Positions 8,798-19,681 of a stretch of DNA of 41,364 nt are shown here, one piece after another. A program made the translations under genes and the position numbers. The stretch is taken from positions 1 through 41,364 of IMG/VR virus record IMGVR_UViG_3300047288_000084. One strand, 5' to 3'. The stretch is from a virus (taxonomy: Duplodnaviria > Caudoviricetes). Position 1 is the first letter of the stretch; every line of letters starts with the position of its first letter. The notes beneath the pieces are model-generated. The model searched no databases, was not told the origin of the DNA, and worked only from the letters and a program-made list of their open reading frames with translations.

Positions 8798-11344
8798 ATG
8801 GCTAGGCAGGAAGCATCATTCGTCGAAAACAAATTTATCAAGGGGCTCATCACTCAGACTGAGGCGATGAGCTTTCCTACAGATGCTTGTACTGAGACCT
8901 GGGATTGTGTGTTCGACGAGACTGGTTTGGTTACCCGCAGACCTTCGTTTGACATTGAGGATACCCACACTGAACTGTCTCACACTGTAACCCCAGGCGA
9001 TGCTTGGGTAGAGTACGAGTGGACAAATACTGGAGAGGTCGAAAATCTTTCCTTCATCGTCCAGCAGCAAGGGTCAACTATCTACTTCTTCGAAGTATCT
9101 GACTCCACTAACGTTTCTTCGAACAAGAAACTGTTTTCAATCGACCTGACTGAGTACTCTGAAGCAGACGATACGACACTAGCCAGTTCTCCTTGCCAAT
9201 TTGCACAGGGTAACGGCAGTCTATTTATTGTCAACCGCTATTTCACTCCGATGTACGTCGAGTACGACAGCGCCATTGACAACATTACGGTTACTACGAT
9301 TACTCTTAGGATTAGAGATTTCGTCGGACTTGACGACGGTCTTGACCTGACTGAGCGTCCGACTAATACTGTCGCTAACCTGAAAACTGGTAACCCTAGC
9401 CACTACTACAACATCCTTAATCAGGGTTGGTACTTTGACAACGGAACCTCCCTAGCTAATTGGGATACTAGCAGGTCCGACATGCCCAGCAATGCGGACT
9501 ATCCTACTTACTACCGTAAGGGTAATGACGATGCATTCAACGCTAATCTCGTCAATGAGAATGACGGTGGTAATACTCCAGCACCTAAGGGCCACTTCAT
9601 CCTAGACTTCGGTGTTGAAGACAGAACGGCTGCCATGGTCGCAGAAGGCTTCACAGGAGCTACTGTTCAATCTTCTAAGTACCAGTCTTCTCTCATCGCT
9701 ACAAGCAGCCTGTCTACTCTAGGAGATATGACTAACCCGTCTAATGCCTTTGACGGAGACTCGTCAGACTCCATCGCTAACTCTGCTACCAAGTCATCGA
9801 CGACTAGTTCGTACATCGGTGTTAACCTGGTTACAGCACGAGCAATCAACAGCGCCGTTGTCTACGCACCGTCTGATGGCCTTCTCTACAGTTCGCCGTT
9901 CGTCTCCGGTACTATCACAATCTACGGTAAAGCAACTGCACCGGCTAACGCAACTGACGGCACTGTTCTCGGTTCGAAGAGCATCATTCCGTTCTCGTCT
10001 AACGAAGCGTTCACTGTCTACAGCTCGAACACTACATCAACTTATCAGTACGTGTGGGTGACGATTACCTCGGGCTCGAGTGTTACTCATCGAGTTGCTG
10101 AGGTTTACTTCTACGAGCAGGCAGAGCCGTATAACTTTCCTTCGACTGTGGCCTTCTTCAACAACCGGCTGTTCTATGCTGGTTGGTACCACCCTGGTCT
10201 TGCCCCCTACGTCCTCTTCTCTCAGGTTATTGAAGATGAAGACCAGTACGGCAACTGCTATCAGTTGAACGACCCTACGTCTGACAAGATTGCAGACCTA
10301 CTGGCTACTGACGGTGGTACTACGAGAATCCCTGACGTTGGGTTCATCTGCAAGCTAGTTCCTTTTCAAACGCAGATGCTGATCCTCGGTTCAAACGGTG
10401 TGTGGTCTATCTCTGGTGGCAGTGACAACGTATTCTCTGCGACTGGTTATTCTATCAGACGCATCAGTAACGTTGGCAGTACCTCTCCTTACTCTGTTGC
10501 TGACGTGAAAGGGTTACCTATCTGGTTTGCCGAAGATGGTATCTATACTGTCACGTTTGACCCCAACTACAATTCGATTACTCTGAAGACAATCACTGAA
10601 GAGACTATCAAAGACTTCTTTCTCGACATCTCTCCTATCGCTAGACGATACGTAAAGGCAGCATACGACAAGCTAGATGATATTGTCTATTGGGTGTTCC
10701 GTTCGTCTGAGCCCTCGTCTACCGAGTATTGGGATTACGACAGAGTTCTTTGTCTTAACGTTAAGTCGCTAGCATTCTTCCCGTGGACTATCAGCGAAAG
10801 CTCTACTAACCCTCAGATTGTCCACGGTATTATCTACGTTCAGGACGGACAGCGTAGCGGAAACTACAGTCTGAAGCTGCCGTTCACGTATGATGTAGCG
10901 GGTGACAGGCTCTGCTACGCCGACGTAGTTGGTACGACGTACAAAGATTGGACTACCTACGCTTCAGACATCTCGTCTACTGCCGGTGACGAAGAAGATT
11001 ACTCCTCCTACTTCATCGCAGGCTATCGAGTAGACGGAGAAGGGATGCGTAAGTTTCAATCTAATTACTTCTTCCTCTTTATGAAGAAGGAAGCTAATGC
11101 TTCTGCGTTCGTCCAAGGGTTGTATGACTTCTCAGACAGTTCATCCTCTGTCAAGTGGTCGACAGCACAGCAGGGTTATAATTCACTTACTACTCGTAAC
11201 CAAGCTTATCGCTCTACTCGTATTAAGAAGATGAAGATACGCGGACACGGAAGAGCACTACAGATTAAAGTGTACTCCGAAGAAGGTAAGCCTTTCAGCA
11301 TCATTGCATTGGGGTACTATGAGACAGCTAACGCTAGCATCTAA
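8798..11344 (+). CDS. Tail tubular protein B (nozzle) with inserted discoidin-like domain
   Basis: 848 aa; N-terminal NKFIKGL, TVAFFNNRLFY and C-terminal KIRGHGRALQI features of gp12-like nozzles. Confidence 0.8.
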   Translation: MARQEASFVENKFIKGLITQTEAMSFPTDACTETWDCVFDETGLVTRRPSFDIEDTHTELSHTVTPGDAWVEYEWTNTGEVENLSFIVQQQGSTIYFFEVSDSTNVSSNKKLFSIDLTEYSEADDTTLASSPCQFAQGNGSLFIVNRYFTPMYVEYDSAIDNITVTTITLRIRDFVGLDDGLDLTERPTNTVANLKTGNPSHYYNILNQGWYFDNGTSLANWDTSRSDMPSNADYPTYYRKGNDDAFNANLVNENDGGNTPAPKGHFILDFGVEDRTAAMVAEGFTGATVQSSKYQSSLIATSSLSTLGDMTNPSNAFDGDSSDSIANSATKSSTTSSYIGVNLVTARAINSAVVYAPSDGLLYSSPFVSGTITIYGKATAPANATDGTVLGSKSIIPFSSNEAFTVYSSNTTSTYQYVWVTITSGSSVTHRVAEVYFYEQAEPYNFPSTVAFFNNRLFYAGWYHPGLAPYVLFSQVIEDEDQYGNCYQLNDPTSDKIADLLATDGGTTRIPDVGFICKLVPFQTQMLILGSNGVWSISGGSDNVFSATGYSIRRISNVGSTSPYSVADVKGLPIWFAEDGIYTVTFDPNYNSITLKTITEETIKDFFLDISPIARRYVKAAYDKLDDIVYWVFRSSEPSSTEYWDYDRVLCLNVKSLAFFPWTISESSTNPQIVHGIIYVQDGQRSGNYSLKLPFTYDVAGDRLCYADVVGTTYKDWTTYASDISSTAGDEEDYSSYFIAGYRVDGEGMRKFQSNYFFLFMKKEANASAFVQGLYDFSDSSSSVKWSTAQQGYNSLTTRNQAYRSTRIKKMKIRGHGRALQIKVYSEEGKPFSIIALGYYETANASI

Positions 11345-11810
11345 CGTTATCATTAAAGTTGCGGATGAGCGGGACTCAATCGACGAAATCAAAGATGCAG
11401 TTCTAAGGGCTTCGAAGGATACTAGCTACAGCACTATGGTGATTGACGAACAAGCAGTAAAAGATGTTGTAGCTTCGTTCGTTAACGCTGACCTAAACGA
11501 ACGGCTTATCCTCCTTCTAATCGTCGACGACAAGATCAAGGGATTTATCGCAGCACGGGCACAGCCTATGTTGTTCAACCCAAAGATCACAGTAGCTTCT
11601 GAAACCCTATGGTGGGTTGAAGAGGAGTATCGCCGCAGCCGTTACGGTCTCATTCTATTCGATGCATTCGAAGAGTGGGCGTCAGCCATCGGGGCTAGCA
11701 CTGTTGCTGTCTCTCACTTCCCCAACACTATCGGTTCATCCATCTCAAAGCTCTATAAGAAAAGAGGATATAAAGAGATGGAGAACGCTTATATCAAGGA
11801 GTTAAAATAA
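11319..11810 (+). CDS. GNAT-family acetyltransferase (T7 gp13-like position)
   Basis: ETLWWVEEEYRR and LYKKRGYKEME GNAT motifs; start approximate. Confidence 0.75.
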   Translation: MRQLTLASNVIIKVADERDSIDEIKDAVLRASKDTSYSTMVIDEQAVKDVVASFVNADLNERLILLLIVDDKIKGFIAARAQPMLFNPKITVASETLWWVEEEYRRSRYGLILFDAFEEWASAIGASTVAVSHFPNTIGSSISKLYKKRGYKEMENAYIKELK

Positions 11811-11811
11811 G

Positions 11812-12405
11812 ATGCTGCTTACCGCAGGTACTCTTGCTCTCACTACTCTAGCGTCTTCTCTAGCCACAGCAGGAACAGCCGCTGCTGCCGGTCTCGGTGG
11901 TGCTGCTGCCACTGGTGCTGCTGCTACTGGTGTTACGGCTGGTACTATTGCTACTGGTGTAGGAACTGCTGGCACACTCGCTGCTGTAGCAGGAGCTGGT
12001 GCTAACATCTACGGACAGATTCAGGCGTCAGAGGCGTCGAAGAAGCAGGAAGCTATCCGCCAAAAGCAGATGGCGCTAGAGGCGAGGAAGGCTCGCATCG
12101 ACGCGATTCGTCGTACTCAGCAGGCTCGAGCCACTGGTCTAGTCAATCAGTCTGGTGCTGGCATTCAGATCAGCGGTGGTGGCACTTCTGCCTACGGTGG
12201 TCTTGTCGGTCAGGCTGAGTCTGGTCTTGCTTCCAGCATTCAGAATATCAACACTGGCGAGGCACTCGGTAGCGCTCTGTTCGCTGCCAACGCTGCTGAG
12301 TCGGAAGCTCGCGGAATCTCTGGTGTCGGTGGCGGACTATTCCAACTCGGAACTAACGCAGCCAACAACGCAGACAGCGTTGGTCGTCTCTTCGCAACCG
12401 CTTAA
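11812..12405 (+). CDS. Internal virion (ejection) protein, gp14-like
   Basis: Ala/Gly-rich hydrophobic N-terminus plus coiled coil; position before the large internal proteins. Confidence 0.7.
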   Translation: MLLTAGTLALTTLASSLATAGTAAAAGLGGAAATGAAATGVTAGTIATGVGTAGTLAAVAGAGANIYGQIQASEASKKQEAIRQKQMALEARKARIDAIRRTQQARATGLVNQSGAGIQISGGGTSAYGGLVGQAESGLASSIQNINTGEALGSALFAANAAESEARGISGVGGGLFQLGTNAANNADSVGRLFATA

Positions 12406-12420
12406 TTTAAGGATTAGTTC

Positions 12421-15400
12421 GTGTCGAACGACAACATTCCGTTCATGTTTCAACCGGGGCCTGCTGAAGGAAATGATGTCCTTCGGTTCGCTCCGGCTGA
12501 ACCTTCTGCTAAGCCTGTTGCAGCTCCGTCAGAGAGTGTTATCGACAGCCGCGCAGCTAAGTACACAATCGCTCTGGAAGGACAGGATGTCGATCCTGAC
12601 GTCCTTAAGCAGGCGATGCTGTACGGCACGATGGATGGCTTTAGAGAGCACCTAGCTCGTACTAAGGACGTCCAAGACGGCATGCTTCGTAACAAGATCG
12701 TCGAAGAGCTGGCGACTGCTGCTGCAACAGAAGGAAGACAGCTAACTGGTGCTGAGCAGGATACTATCCTCGGACTTACTCAGGCTGACGTCTCTAAGCT
12801 CCGCAACAACCCGAAGACATTCCTCGAAGAGGAGTATGCTAAGCGGGTGATCGCTCGTGCCCATGTCCTCGAAGAGGATACTGAGTTCGACAACCTTGCA
12901 CAGCAGGACGAGATTACTAGCTTCGAACAGCTAGACGCCATCCAGCAGCACGTAGCGAAGAAGGAAGTCTTTCAACGACTTGCTGAAGATGTTACTAAGC
13001 TCCGCGAAGAGCAGGGCTGGGTATCGTTTGCTGGTGACGTCATTGCGACTATGATTCCCACCGTGTCGTGGTACAATCTTCGCAATTTGATTAAGGACGA
13101 AGGTCCGGTTCCCTTTCTGCTTGGTTCCAATCTCGAAGAGAACATCCGTCATCTCTACTCATTGCCGCTCGACAAGGCAGCAGAGAAGGCTGAGGAAGCT
13201 GTAGAGTATCTGAAGGGCCGCAACCTTCTGCTCGCAGAGCGGTTCGCCAACGCTATGCTTTCGTACAGCGGAAGTGACGAGGCCACCGACAACTTCTGGA
13301 ACATCACTGACCTTGCTACCGTTGTCTCCCCCGCTGCTGCGGTAAAGAGTGCGGCAGGAGCTGCTAAGAGCGTCGCAGCTTCTACTCGTAACGTCGTCTC
13401 CACTGTAGCAGATGCTGGAGCTAAGAGTGCTGTAAAGTCTTACCGCGATAGTATGACAGAGTTCGTTCGTGCTATCTCTTCGAAGAAGTCTACTCCTGCT
13501 GACGTACTTGACGCTGCTGGTGACACAGATGGTGCTGCTCTTTCCAGGTTGAAAGAGAAGCTCGATGAGATGATCGAGAAGGGTCCTGGTGCAGACATCA
13601 AGTCGTGGGATGAGCTTAAAGGCTACATTCCGACACTGTTCAATCCAGAGACTGTCTTCGAAGGAGCTACGAAGTATCTGTCGGCGAATACCGTTCGTCG
13701 TCTTATCACGGCAGCGAATGACCAGAGCGTTGATATTCTCAATGCGATGATTGTTGACCCTCTTCGTAATGGTTACCGCGTTAGCGAGACAGCCCTTCGC
13801 GCTGGTCTCGACGAAGTAGTCGACATCTTTAAGAAGACGTATCGCGGACACGAAGATACTATTCTCGATACTCGCCTCGTCGACAACGAAAAGTCAATCG
13901 GCAACAACTTCTTCGCTGAAGTGTTTCTCGGATCGAAGAGCGGCTCACCGTTTAAGACGAAGCTCACTGCACAATCAACTGCAAAGACCTACTTTGGAGA
14001 CAAAGAGGGCTATGAGATCGTGTCTCATGGTGCAGGCTTTGCTATCAAGGTTCAGCGTCCTATTGACATCACGTCCGACAAGGTTCGCGATCAGATGATC
14101 GTCGATCTAAGAGACAAGGGACAGACGCCTGTCGGCAACATCGTCGCTGAACTCTTTCGTGGCATCCGCTCTGGCGAAGATGTTCTCCCTACGGCTGTTC
14201 TAGAAGCGATGAAAGTAGCTACTTACGGCGGCTCAGCCTTCGCTAAGGTTGTGTCGAAGTCAACTGAGTCCTTCGTCAAGGTCAAAGACAGCAAAGCGTT
14301 CTTCTCGTTCCTTAAGGCTGAACAGAACGCAGTTAATCCTGCCAACCCTGGCCAGCTCGGTTACTACTCCAAGTCTCTGCCGGAGTTTGAACAGAGGTTT
14401 TACGATAACGTAGGCCGTGCTCCTTCAGAAGATGAAGCTAGTGCGTACTTCGACTTTGTACGGCTCAACGAGATTGATCTTCTGTCTCGTAATCTTCTTG
14501 TCTACCATGGCAAGACGACGACTGGTCACGTTATGAACGAACTGCCGGGATTCCCTGGTAAGTTTGAAGGTGTTCCTCGCGCAAGTCTTCCTCCTGCTGA
14601 CCCGAAAGACTACGACTTCTACCGCGTGCTTGTCATTAGAGAAGATGGTTCTTCGTTCCATACGAACTCCAACTCGATTAATCGCAAAGACTTCGACGAA
14701 GCTAAGAAGCTCGTTGATGAAGGTGGTTATGGTGTCGTACAGCTTTCTCCCGCTGGCCAACAGCAGATCAAAGAGATTGAAATGCTGAAGGAGAAGCTGC
14801 CTAAGGGTGGTGTTGACTTCATCGTCACTAAGCGAGCGAAGACTACTCCGCTTCCGTTCAACCAGGTGCCTAGCCGTTCTGGCGTCCACCAAATTCTCAC
14901 TGACTCTTACATTGTTCGGCAACCTACTCTTGACGTTGGGGACAGTGTCGTTCGTTACTACGATGACATCAACCTGTACCAGACTCATACTGAGAAGGAT
15001 GCTGCTGAGTTCACTCGTCGCATGAACGTAGCGCGAGAACTGTTTGCTAAGGCCATTAAGCAAGTCGGTCCCGACCGAAAGGCTGCTCTAAAAGGAGTCA
15101 AGTCTTACGTAGAGAACAACCTCCCTATTTCTTATAGGGAATTTGCTCGTGACTTTAATCCAAAGCGTGGTCGACTTGATGCTAACGTAAAGATCCACTA
15201 TACGAAGACAGGTCAGACTGTCGGTAACTCTAGAGACATCGCCTCCGAGTTCCCCGACAAGTTCTTCGTCAACCTATCTAGCTCTAAGTGGAATACGTAT
15301 AAGGATCAGGTGAATCTGAACTATGCTATGCAGCGCGGAGACAAGCTCAGTGCTGTCGTGCAGGTTGGTGACGCTAACAATCCTATGTACTCTCTCCGCC

Positions 15401-17337
15401 CTGCTTCGTACCTTGACCCAATGGAGTCCATAGAGCGTGGTCTTCGCGATGTCATTCGAGGAAGACACTTCGAAGATTTGAAACTTGGCACTGCTGATAG
15501 GTTCATCGCAGAGTTCGGTGACATTCTCGACACTGCTGTCTGGTCTAAGGACAAGCAGCGCATTGATCCGTTCATGGCTCTCCTGAACCCTGAGTTCATC
15601 AAGAATCCTACGCCGTCACAGGCAGATAAGATTCGTGCCGCTCGTGTCTACAGCGCTCGTTTCAAGCAGTTCATGGGCATTGAGAATGAATGGCAGAAGC
15701 AGCACAACTGGGTTGCTCAGAAGATACTTAACGGTGTCTCTCCCGAGATGGCTACTGGCTTCCGCAAGAAGCTGTACGAGATCATCAACATGGAGGATGG
15801 GCCGTCTAAGCTAAAGGCTCTGGCCTTCCACGCTAAGATTGGTCTATGGAACCCCATTCAGCTCTTCGTTCAGGCCAATACTCTCATTCATACGGCGGGT
15901 ATTGTCGGACCGACTATCGGCTCTAAGGCTACTGTCGCTTCGATGGTGCAGTCTCTCTTCATCGACCAAGCAGAAGGGTTGACAAAGCATGGAGCTAAGC
16001 TGATTAAGTCTCTTGGCTTTGATGAGCAGGAGTTCATCGAAGTAACGGAAGCTATGCGTCGCAGTGGTTTCGACCATGTTGGTCGTGAGATTGCTACTCG
16101 TGAGCAACATCTGCAAGCAAGAGTCATGGCTACTAAGGTTGGTAAGATTGCGGACCACGGTCTCTTCTTCTTCAACAAGTCGGAGAGATTTGTTCGACGC
16201 AATGCTTTCAACGCAGCGTACCTTGAGTGGAAGCAAGCCAACGGTGCCCGTAAGCTGACTGACAGAGACATCGTAAAGATTGTCAACAGGGCGGACCTGT
16301 TAAACAACAACATGTCTCAGGCGTCTAACGCTGCATGGCAACAGGGTTGGGCGTCAATACCTACGCAGTTCTGGTCCTACCAGATTCGTTTGACTGAGGC
16401 TCTTCTAGGTCGGCGTATCAGCGGAACAGAAGCTGCTAGGCTACTGACGACTTACGCCACTGTATACGGCGTTCCTACGGCACTTGCTGCTGGTACAGCA
16501 GTTATTCCATTCATGGATCAATGGCAACAGTACGCAGCAAAGAACAAGATAGACGTAGACAGCAACGTAGCCTACAACACCCTGACCCAAGGTCTGCTAG
16601 GTGCTGCTGCTCAGTTCACGTTCGGAGAACGTACTAACATCAGCGAACGCTACGGTCCATCTGGTCTGCCGTTCGTCTCTGACATTATCTCTGGCGACAA
16701 GGGCGTGCTAGAGGCTCTTAGCGGTGCTACTGGTACTGTCTTTGCAGAAGTAGCAGCAGACGTTCTACCTATCTTCCCGTGGATTACAGATGCGTTCATC
16801 GGTTCTCACGACCCAACTCCTCCTAGTTTGAAAGACTTCACCGATGTCTTCACCAACATCTCTTCGCTGAAGGTTGGTGAGCGTATTGCTGTAGGACTTG
16901 CAATCGGTGGCCACGTAAACAAGCACGGAGAAGTGGTAGATAGCGGATACAGTGGTATCGGCTCTGTCGTCGAGTCTGTCATGGGTCTCACGCCCGCGCG
17001 CGTAGACGAGTTCTACACTCAGATGCTTGTCGGCAAAGAGCGCAGCACATTCCTCGCAGAGCAGCGTCGCCTTGCTTCTAAGGACGCACACGCTATGATG
17101 GAAGCTGTGAACGAAAAGGATCGTGAGTACTACCAGCGTCGAGTTAATGCTCGCCTGTCTACCTTCACTGCGAAGGAAAGAATGGACGCAATGGCTCAGT
17201 TCTTCAGGGAAGACAAGACGACTACCCTTCTTGAGCAACAGCTTTCTAGGTTGCAGACTAGGGACACCCCACAGAACGACGCATACTGGAATAATCTCCG
17301 CAAGAAATACCGAATTGAGAAAGGACAGTCTGAGTAA
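12421..17337 (+). CDS. Large internal virion (ejection) protein
   Basis: 1638 aa, GTG start with TAAGGA RBS, alpha-helical; position typical of gp15/gp16-like ejectosome proteins. Confidence 0.75.
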   Translation: MSNDNIPFMFQPGPAEGNDVLRFAPAEPSAKPVAAPSESVIDSRAAKYTIALEGQDVDPDVLKQAMLYGTMDGFREHLARTKDVQDGMLRNKIVEELATAAATEGRQLTGAEQDTILGLTQADVSKLRNNPKTFLEEEYAKRVIARAHVLEEDTEFDNLAQQDEITSFEQLDAIQQHVAKKEVFQRLAEDVTKLREEQGWVSFAGDVIATMIPTVSWYNLRNLIKDEGPVPFLLGSNLEENIRHLYSLPLDKAAEKAEEAVEYLKGRNLLLAERFANAMLSYSGSDEATDNFWNITDLATVVSPAAAVKSAAGAAKSVAASTRNVVSTVADAGAKSAVKSYRDSMTEFVRAISSKKSTPADVLDAAGDTDGAALSRLKEKLDEMIEKGPGADIKSWDELKGYIPTLFNPETVFEGATKYLSANTVRRLITAANDQSVDILNAMIVDPLRNGYRVSETALRAGLDEVVDIFKKTYRGHEDTILDTRLVDNEKSIGNNFFAEVFLGSKSGSPFKTKLTAQSTAKTYFGDKEGYEIVSHGAGFAIKVQRPIDITSDKVRDQMIVDLRDKGQTPVGNIVAELFRGIRSGEDVLPTAVLEAMKVATYGGSAFAKVVSKSTESFVKVKDSKAFFSFLKAEQNAVNPANPGQLGYYSKSLPEFEQRFYDNVGRAPSEDEASAYFDFVRLNEIDLLSRNLLVYHGKTTTGHVMNELPGFPGKFEGVPRASLPPADPKDYDFYRVLVIREDGSSFHTNSNSINRKDFDEAKKLVDEGGYGVVQLSPAGQQQIKEIEMLKEKLPKGGVDFIVTKRAKTTPLPFNQVPSRSGVHQILTDSYIVRQPTLDVGDSVVRYYDDINLYQTHTEKDAAEFTRRMNVARELFAKAIKQVGPDRKAALKGVKSYVENNLPISYREFARDFNPKRGRLDANVKIHYTKTGQTVGNSRDIASEFPDKFFVNLSSSKWNTYKDQVNLNYAMQRGDKLSAVVQVGDANNPMYSLRPASYLDPMESIERGLRDVIRGRHFEDLKLGTADRFIAEFGDILDTAVWSKDKQRIDPFMALLNPEFIKNPTPSQADKIRAARVYSARFKQFMGIENEWQKQHNWVAQKILNGVSPEMATGFRKKLYEIINMEDGPSKLKALAFHAKIGLWNPIQLFVQANTLIHTAGIVGPTIGSKATVASMVQSLFIDQAEGLTKHGAKLIKSLGFDEQEFIEVTEAMRRSGFDHVGREIATREQHLQARVMATKVGKIADHGLFFFNKSERFVRRNAFNAAYLEWKQANGARKLTDRDIVKIVNRADLLNNNMSQASNAAWQQGWASIPTQFWSYQIRLTEALLGRRISGTEAARLLTTYATVYGVPTALAAGTAVIPFMDQWQQYAAKNKIDVDSNVAYNTLTQGLLGAAAQFTFGERTNISERYGPSGLPFVSDIISGDKGVLEALSGATGTVFAEVAADVLPIFPWITDAFIGSHDPTPPSLKDFTDVFTNISSLKVGERIAVGLAIGGHVNKHGEVVDSGYSGIGSVVESVMGLTPARVDEFYTQMLVGKERSTFLAEQRRLASKDAHAMMEAVNEKDREYYQRRVNARLSTFTAKERMDAMAQFFREDKTTTLLEQQLSRLQTRDTPQNDAYWNNLRKKYRIEKGQSE

Positions 17338-17339
17338 TC

Positions 17340-19478
17340 ATGGCTCAAGATGAATTCGCACCTAAGACCCAGGTCTCTGAAGTACCTAATTTCCTTCAGT
17401 ACAGCCGAGGTTACACGTCTGGATCGAGTGCTATCGGAACCCTCTTCGAAGACTTGGGTAAAGCACTTGGAGTAGGGGCTAATGCTCTCGACCAAGCAGC
17501 TTCTATGCGAGTAAACGAAGAGGTTCGAGCCTCTGTCGAAGAGGCAGACACTCGTCTTGGTATTGACACTCGTCTTCCTGCTCGCGGAGAGTCCGTAGAG
17601 GCTCTTCCTAAGGATGCACAGATGCAGCTTAAACGCATCGAAGCATCCAAGCGAGCGATGGAGGCGGGAAAGATTACTCCGACGCAGTACCAAGTCCGTC
17701 TTCTCGCTGATAGCAAGGCCATTCGGGCTCGTTACCCCGGATACTCTGACCAGATTGACGCAGCCTACTCCCGTCTTACTGGTTCTACGCCAGCCAATGC
17801 TATCCGTCGTTCGCTAATGGCTGCTGCTGATGACGCTTCTCGTGCTCAAGCTGAGAGCAAAAGCCACGCTAGGCGCTTTCTTGACCAGAACCTCGCTAAC
17901 ATCGAAGACCCTGAGCTTCGCGCTAGGGCTGCTCTTCCTGGAGCAGAGGCTGATCCTGCGTTCGTAGCCCGTGCTCGTCTGTCTATCGCAGATAAGGTAG
18001 GACGAGACGAGAAGATCAAGACGACGACTGAGCTGCTGAACCTTAACGCTGCTCAGAGAAACTACGATAGGACTCTTAGCGGAGACACATACGCTCAGAC
18101 CCTGTCTGAGATCGACAGGACAATGGTCAACTCTGGTCCTAACCTGGACAAACTGCGTGAGATCAGCAACGAAGCACTCACTGCTCGACGTGCTGGTCTT
18201 CCCGTTAAGCCTGAGACACAACAGCAGCTTCAGGCACTCGTCTCCCAGCTTGACGGATACTTTAACGAGCGTCTTCAGAATGCTAGGTTGAATGCTCGTT
18301 ACATGGATCAGTTCCCTGAAGAGCGGTTGAAGCTCGAAGAGGCTCAGCTTAAGCGCTGGGACATGACTAAGAAGGCTATTCTTGGCGGCGACTTCAGCCA
18401 CCTTGCAGCCAATACTGCCTTGGTTAAGTCTCAGAAGGAGTTTACCGAGGCTTCGATGATTAAAGACTCGCAGACTCTGCTTGACTTCAGTACATTGCAG
18501 ACGATGCTTGGCCCGCAGGCCAGTGCCATCCTCGCTGAAACTGGTGTTCGAGAGAAGCTTACTGATTCTGTGCAAGAGCGCCTTCGAGTTACTGAAGAGG
18601 CGGACATCGTCAACAAGAGATTCCGCACGCTAAAGCAGAAGATGCAGAAGCTTCGCGATGATGGAGCAGACAGTAAGACAGCAGCATCGGTACTCGATAG
18701 TCTTACTACCATGCTCGTTGCTGGACCGCAAGACAAGTCTCTATCCGACCGGCTTATCAACGTTCTTTACGCACCGGATAGCGTAGAGTTTCTTGAGAAG
18801 CTACCTGACGAGAAGTCTCGAGTGGCTGCGTTCAACAAGCTTACGTCTCCTAAGATGGCAAAGCGTATCGCTGAAGAGTCAAAGCGTAACCCTGAGATCG
18901 CTCGTAAGTTCGAAGAGTTCTACGTTAAGGGCATTCTTCCGACAATGCAGCCGTTCATCAATACGGTTAACAAGTACAACCAGGAACGTACTGACGTTCG
19001 TATTGTCTACGACCCCACTCGCTTGGAGTTTGTCAGCCGCACTAACGAAAGCCAGAAAGGTCGCGTAGGAGCACGGTTCAAAGACCTGTTCATAACTCCT
19101 AGTCTGTCTCTGTTCGGTACTGTAGATGAGACGTCTGCGAGGATTGCTGTTACTAACCTCAACAATGAGTTGAAGAAGTTCCGCAGTCTGTCAAAGACAC
19201 TCGACGGTAGTCTGACTACCGAAGAGATTAAGGCCGGTGGAATGGGTCTGATGCGCGGACTTGGCTTCGACTTCAATGCGTCTGAGTCTTACGAAGGAAT
19301 TCCACCTCCTGGTCCTACTGAGACAGAAGCTTACAAAGAAGTTCAACAGCGTATCAAAGACGCTAAGAAGAAGCTTGGTGGTGATGATCGCGAGAACATC
19401 GGCAAGGTCTTCGACAGCATTAGCGGAGTAATCGCTGAGGGAGTTGACGCTCTTAAGAAAAACCCGCCTATCGAATGA
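17340..19478 (+). CDS. Internal virion protein
   Basis: 712 aa helical protein, last gene of the structural arm. Confidence 0.7.
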   Translation: MAQDEFAPKTQVSEVPNFLQYSRGYTSGSSAIGTLFEDLGKALGVGANALDQAASMRVNEEVRASVEEADTRLGIDTRLPARGESVEALPKDAQMQLKRIEASKRAMEAGKITPTQYQVRLLADSKAIRARYPGYSDQIDAAYSRLTGSTPANAIRRSLMAAADDASRAQAESKSHARRFLDQNLANIEDPELRARAALPGAEADPAFVARARLSIADKVGRDEKIKTTTELLNLNAAQRNYDRTLSGDTYAQTLSEIDRTMVNSGPNLDKLREISNEALTARRAGLPVKPETQQQLQALVSQLDGYFNERLQNARLNARYMDQFPEERLKLEEAQLKRWDMTKKAILGGDFSHLAANTALVKSQKEFTEASMIKDSQTLLDFSTLQTMLGPQASAILAETGVREKLTDSVQERLRVTEEADIVNKRFRTLKQKMQKLRDDGADSKTAASVLDSLTTMLVAGPQDKSLSDRLINVLYAPDSVEFLEKLPDEKSRVAAFNKLTSPKMAKRIAEESKRNPEIARKFEEFYVKGILPTMQPFINTVNKYNQERTDVRIVYDPTRLEFVSRTNESQKGRVGARFKDLFITPSLSLFGTVDETSARIAVTNLNNELKKFRSLSKTLDGSLTTEEIKAGGMGLMRGLGFDFNASESYEGIPPPGPTETEAYKEVQQRIKDAKKKLGGDDRENIGKVFDSISGVIAEGVDALKKNPPIE

Positions 19479-19509
19479 TAGAGCAGGTTGCATAAACTAC
19501 AGAAAACTC

Positions 19510-19545
19510 AAGGGTGGGGTTTGTATCCCCACCCTTTTCTTTTGT
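19510..19545. terminator. Terminator at the convergence of the two arms
   Basis: aagggtgggg / ccccaccctt 10-bp stem, T-run on + side, A-rich on the other side. Confidence 0.85.
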
Positions 19546-19679
19546 TAGTCAAGCACAATCGAGAGAATCATTTTGATGACAATTAGGTAGACTAGAATGT
19601 TGTAGATGAGAATCGTCTCGTTGTCCGTGATATACGCTTGCTTACGCCATTTGTTAAACTGTGCGATTCGTTCTTTCAT
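19545..19679 (-). CDS. Small membrane peptide (44 aa; below ORF-track cutoff)
   Basis: MKERIAQFNKWRKQAYITDNETILIYNILVYLIVIKMILSIVLD; begins 2 nt after the upstream stop and ends at the terminator. Confidence 0.45.
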   Translation of the reverse strand: MKERIAQFNKWRKQAYITDNETILIYNILVYLIVIKMILSIVLD

Positions 19680-19681
19680 CT

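Noticed and set aside
13159-18575. Minus-strand ORFs within the internal virion genes
   Set aside because: Antisense shadow frames with no RBS or motifs.
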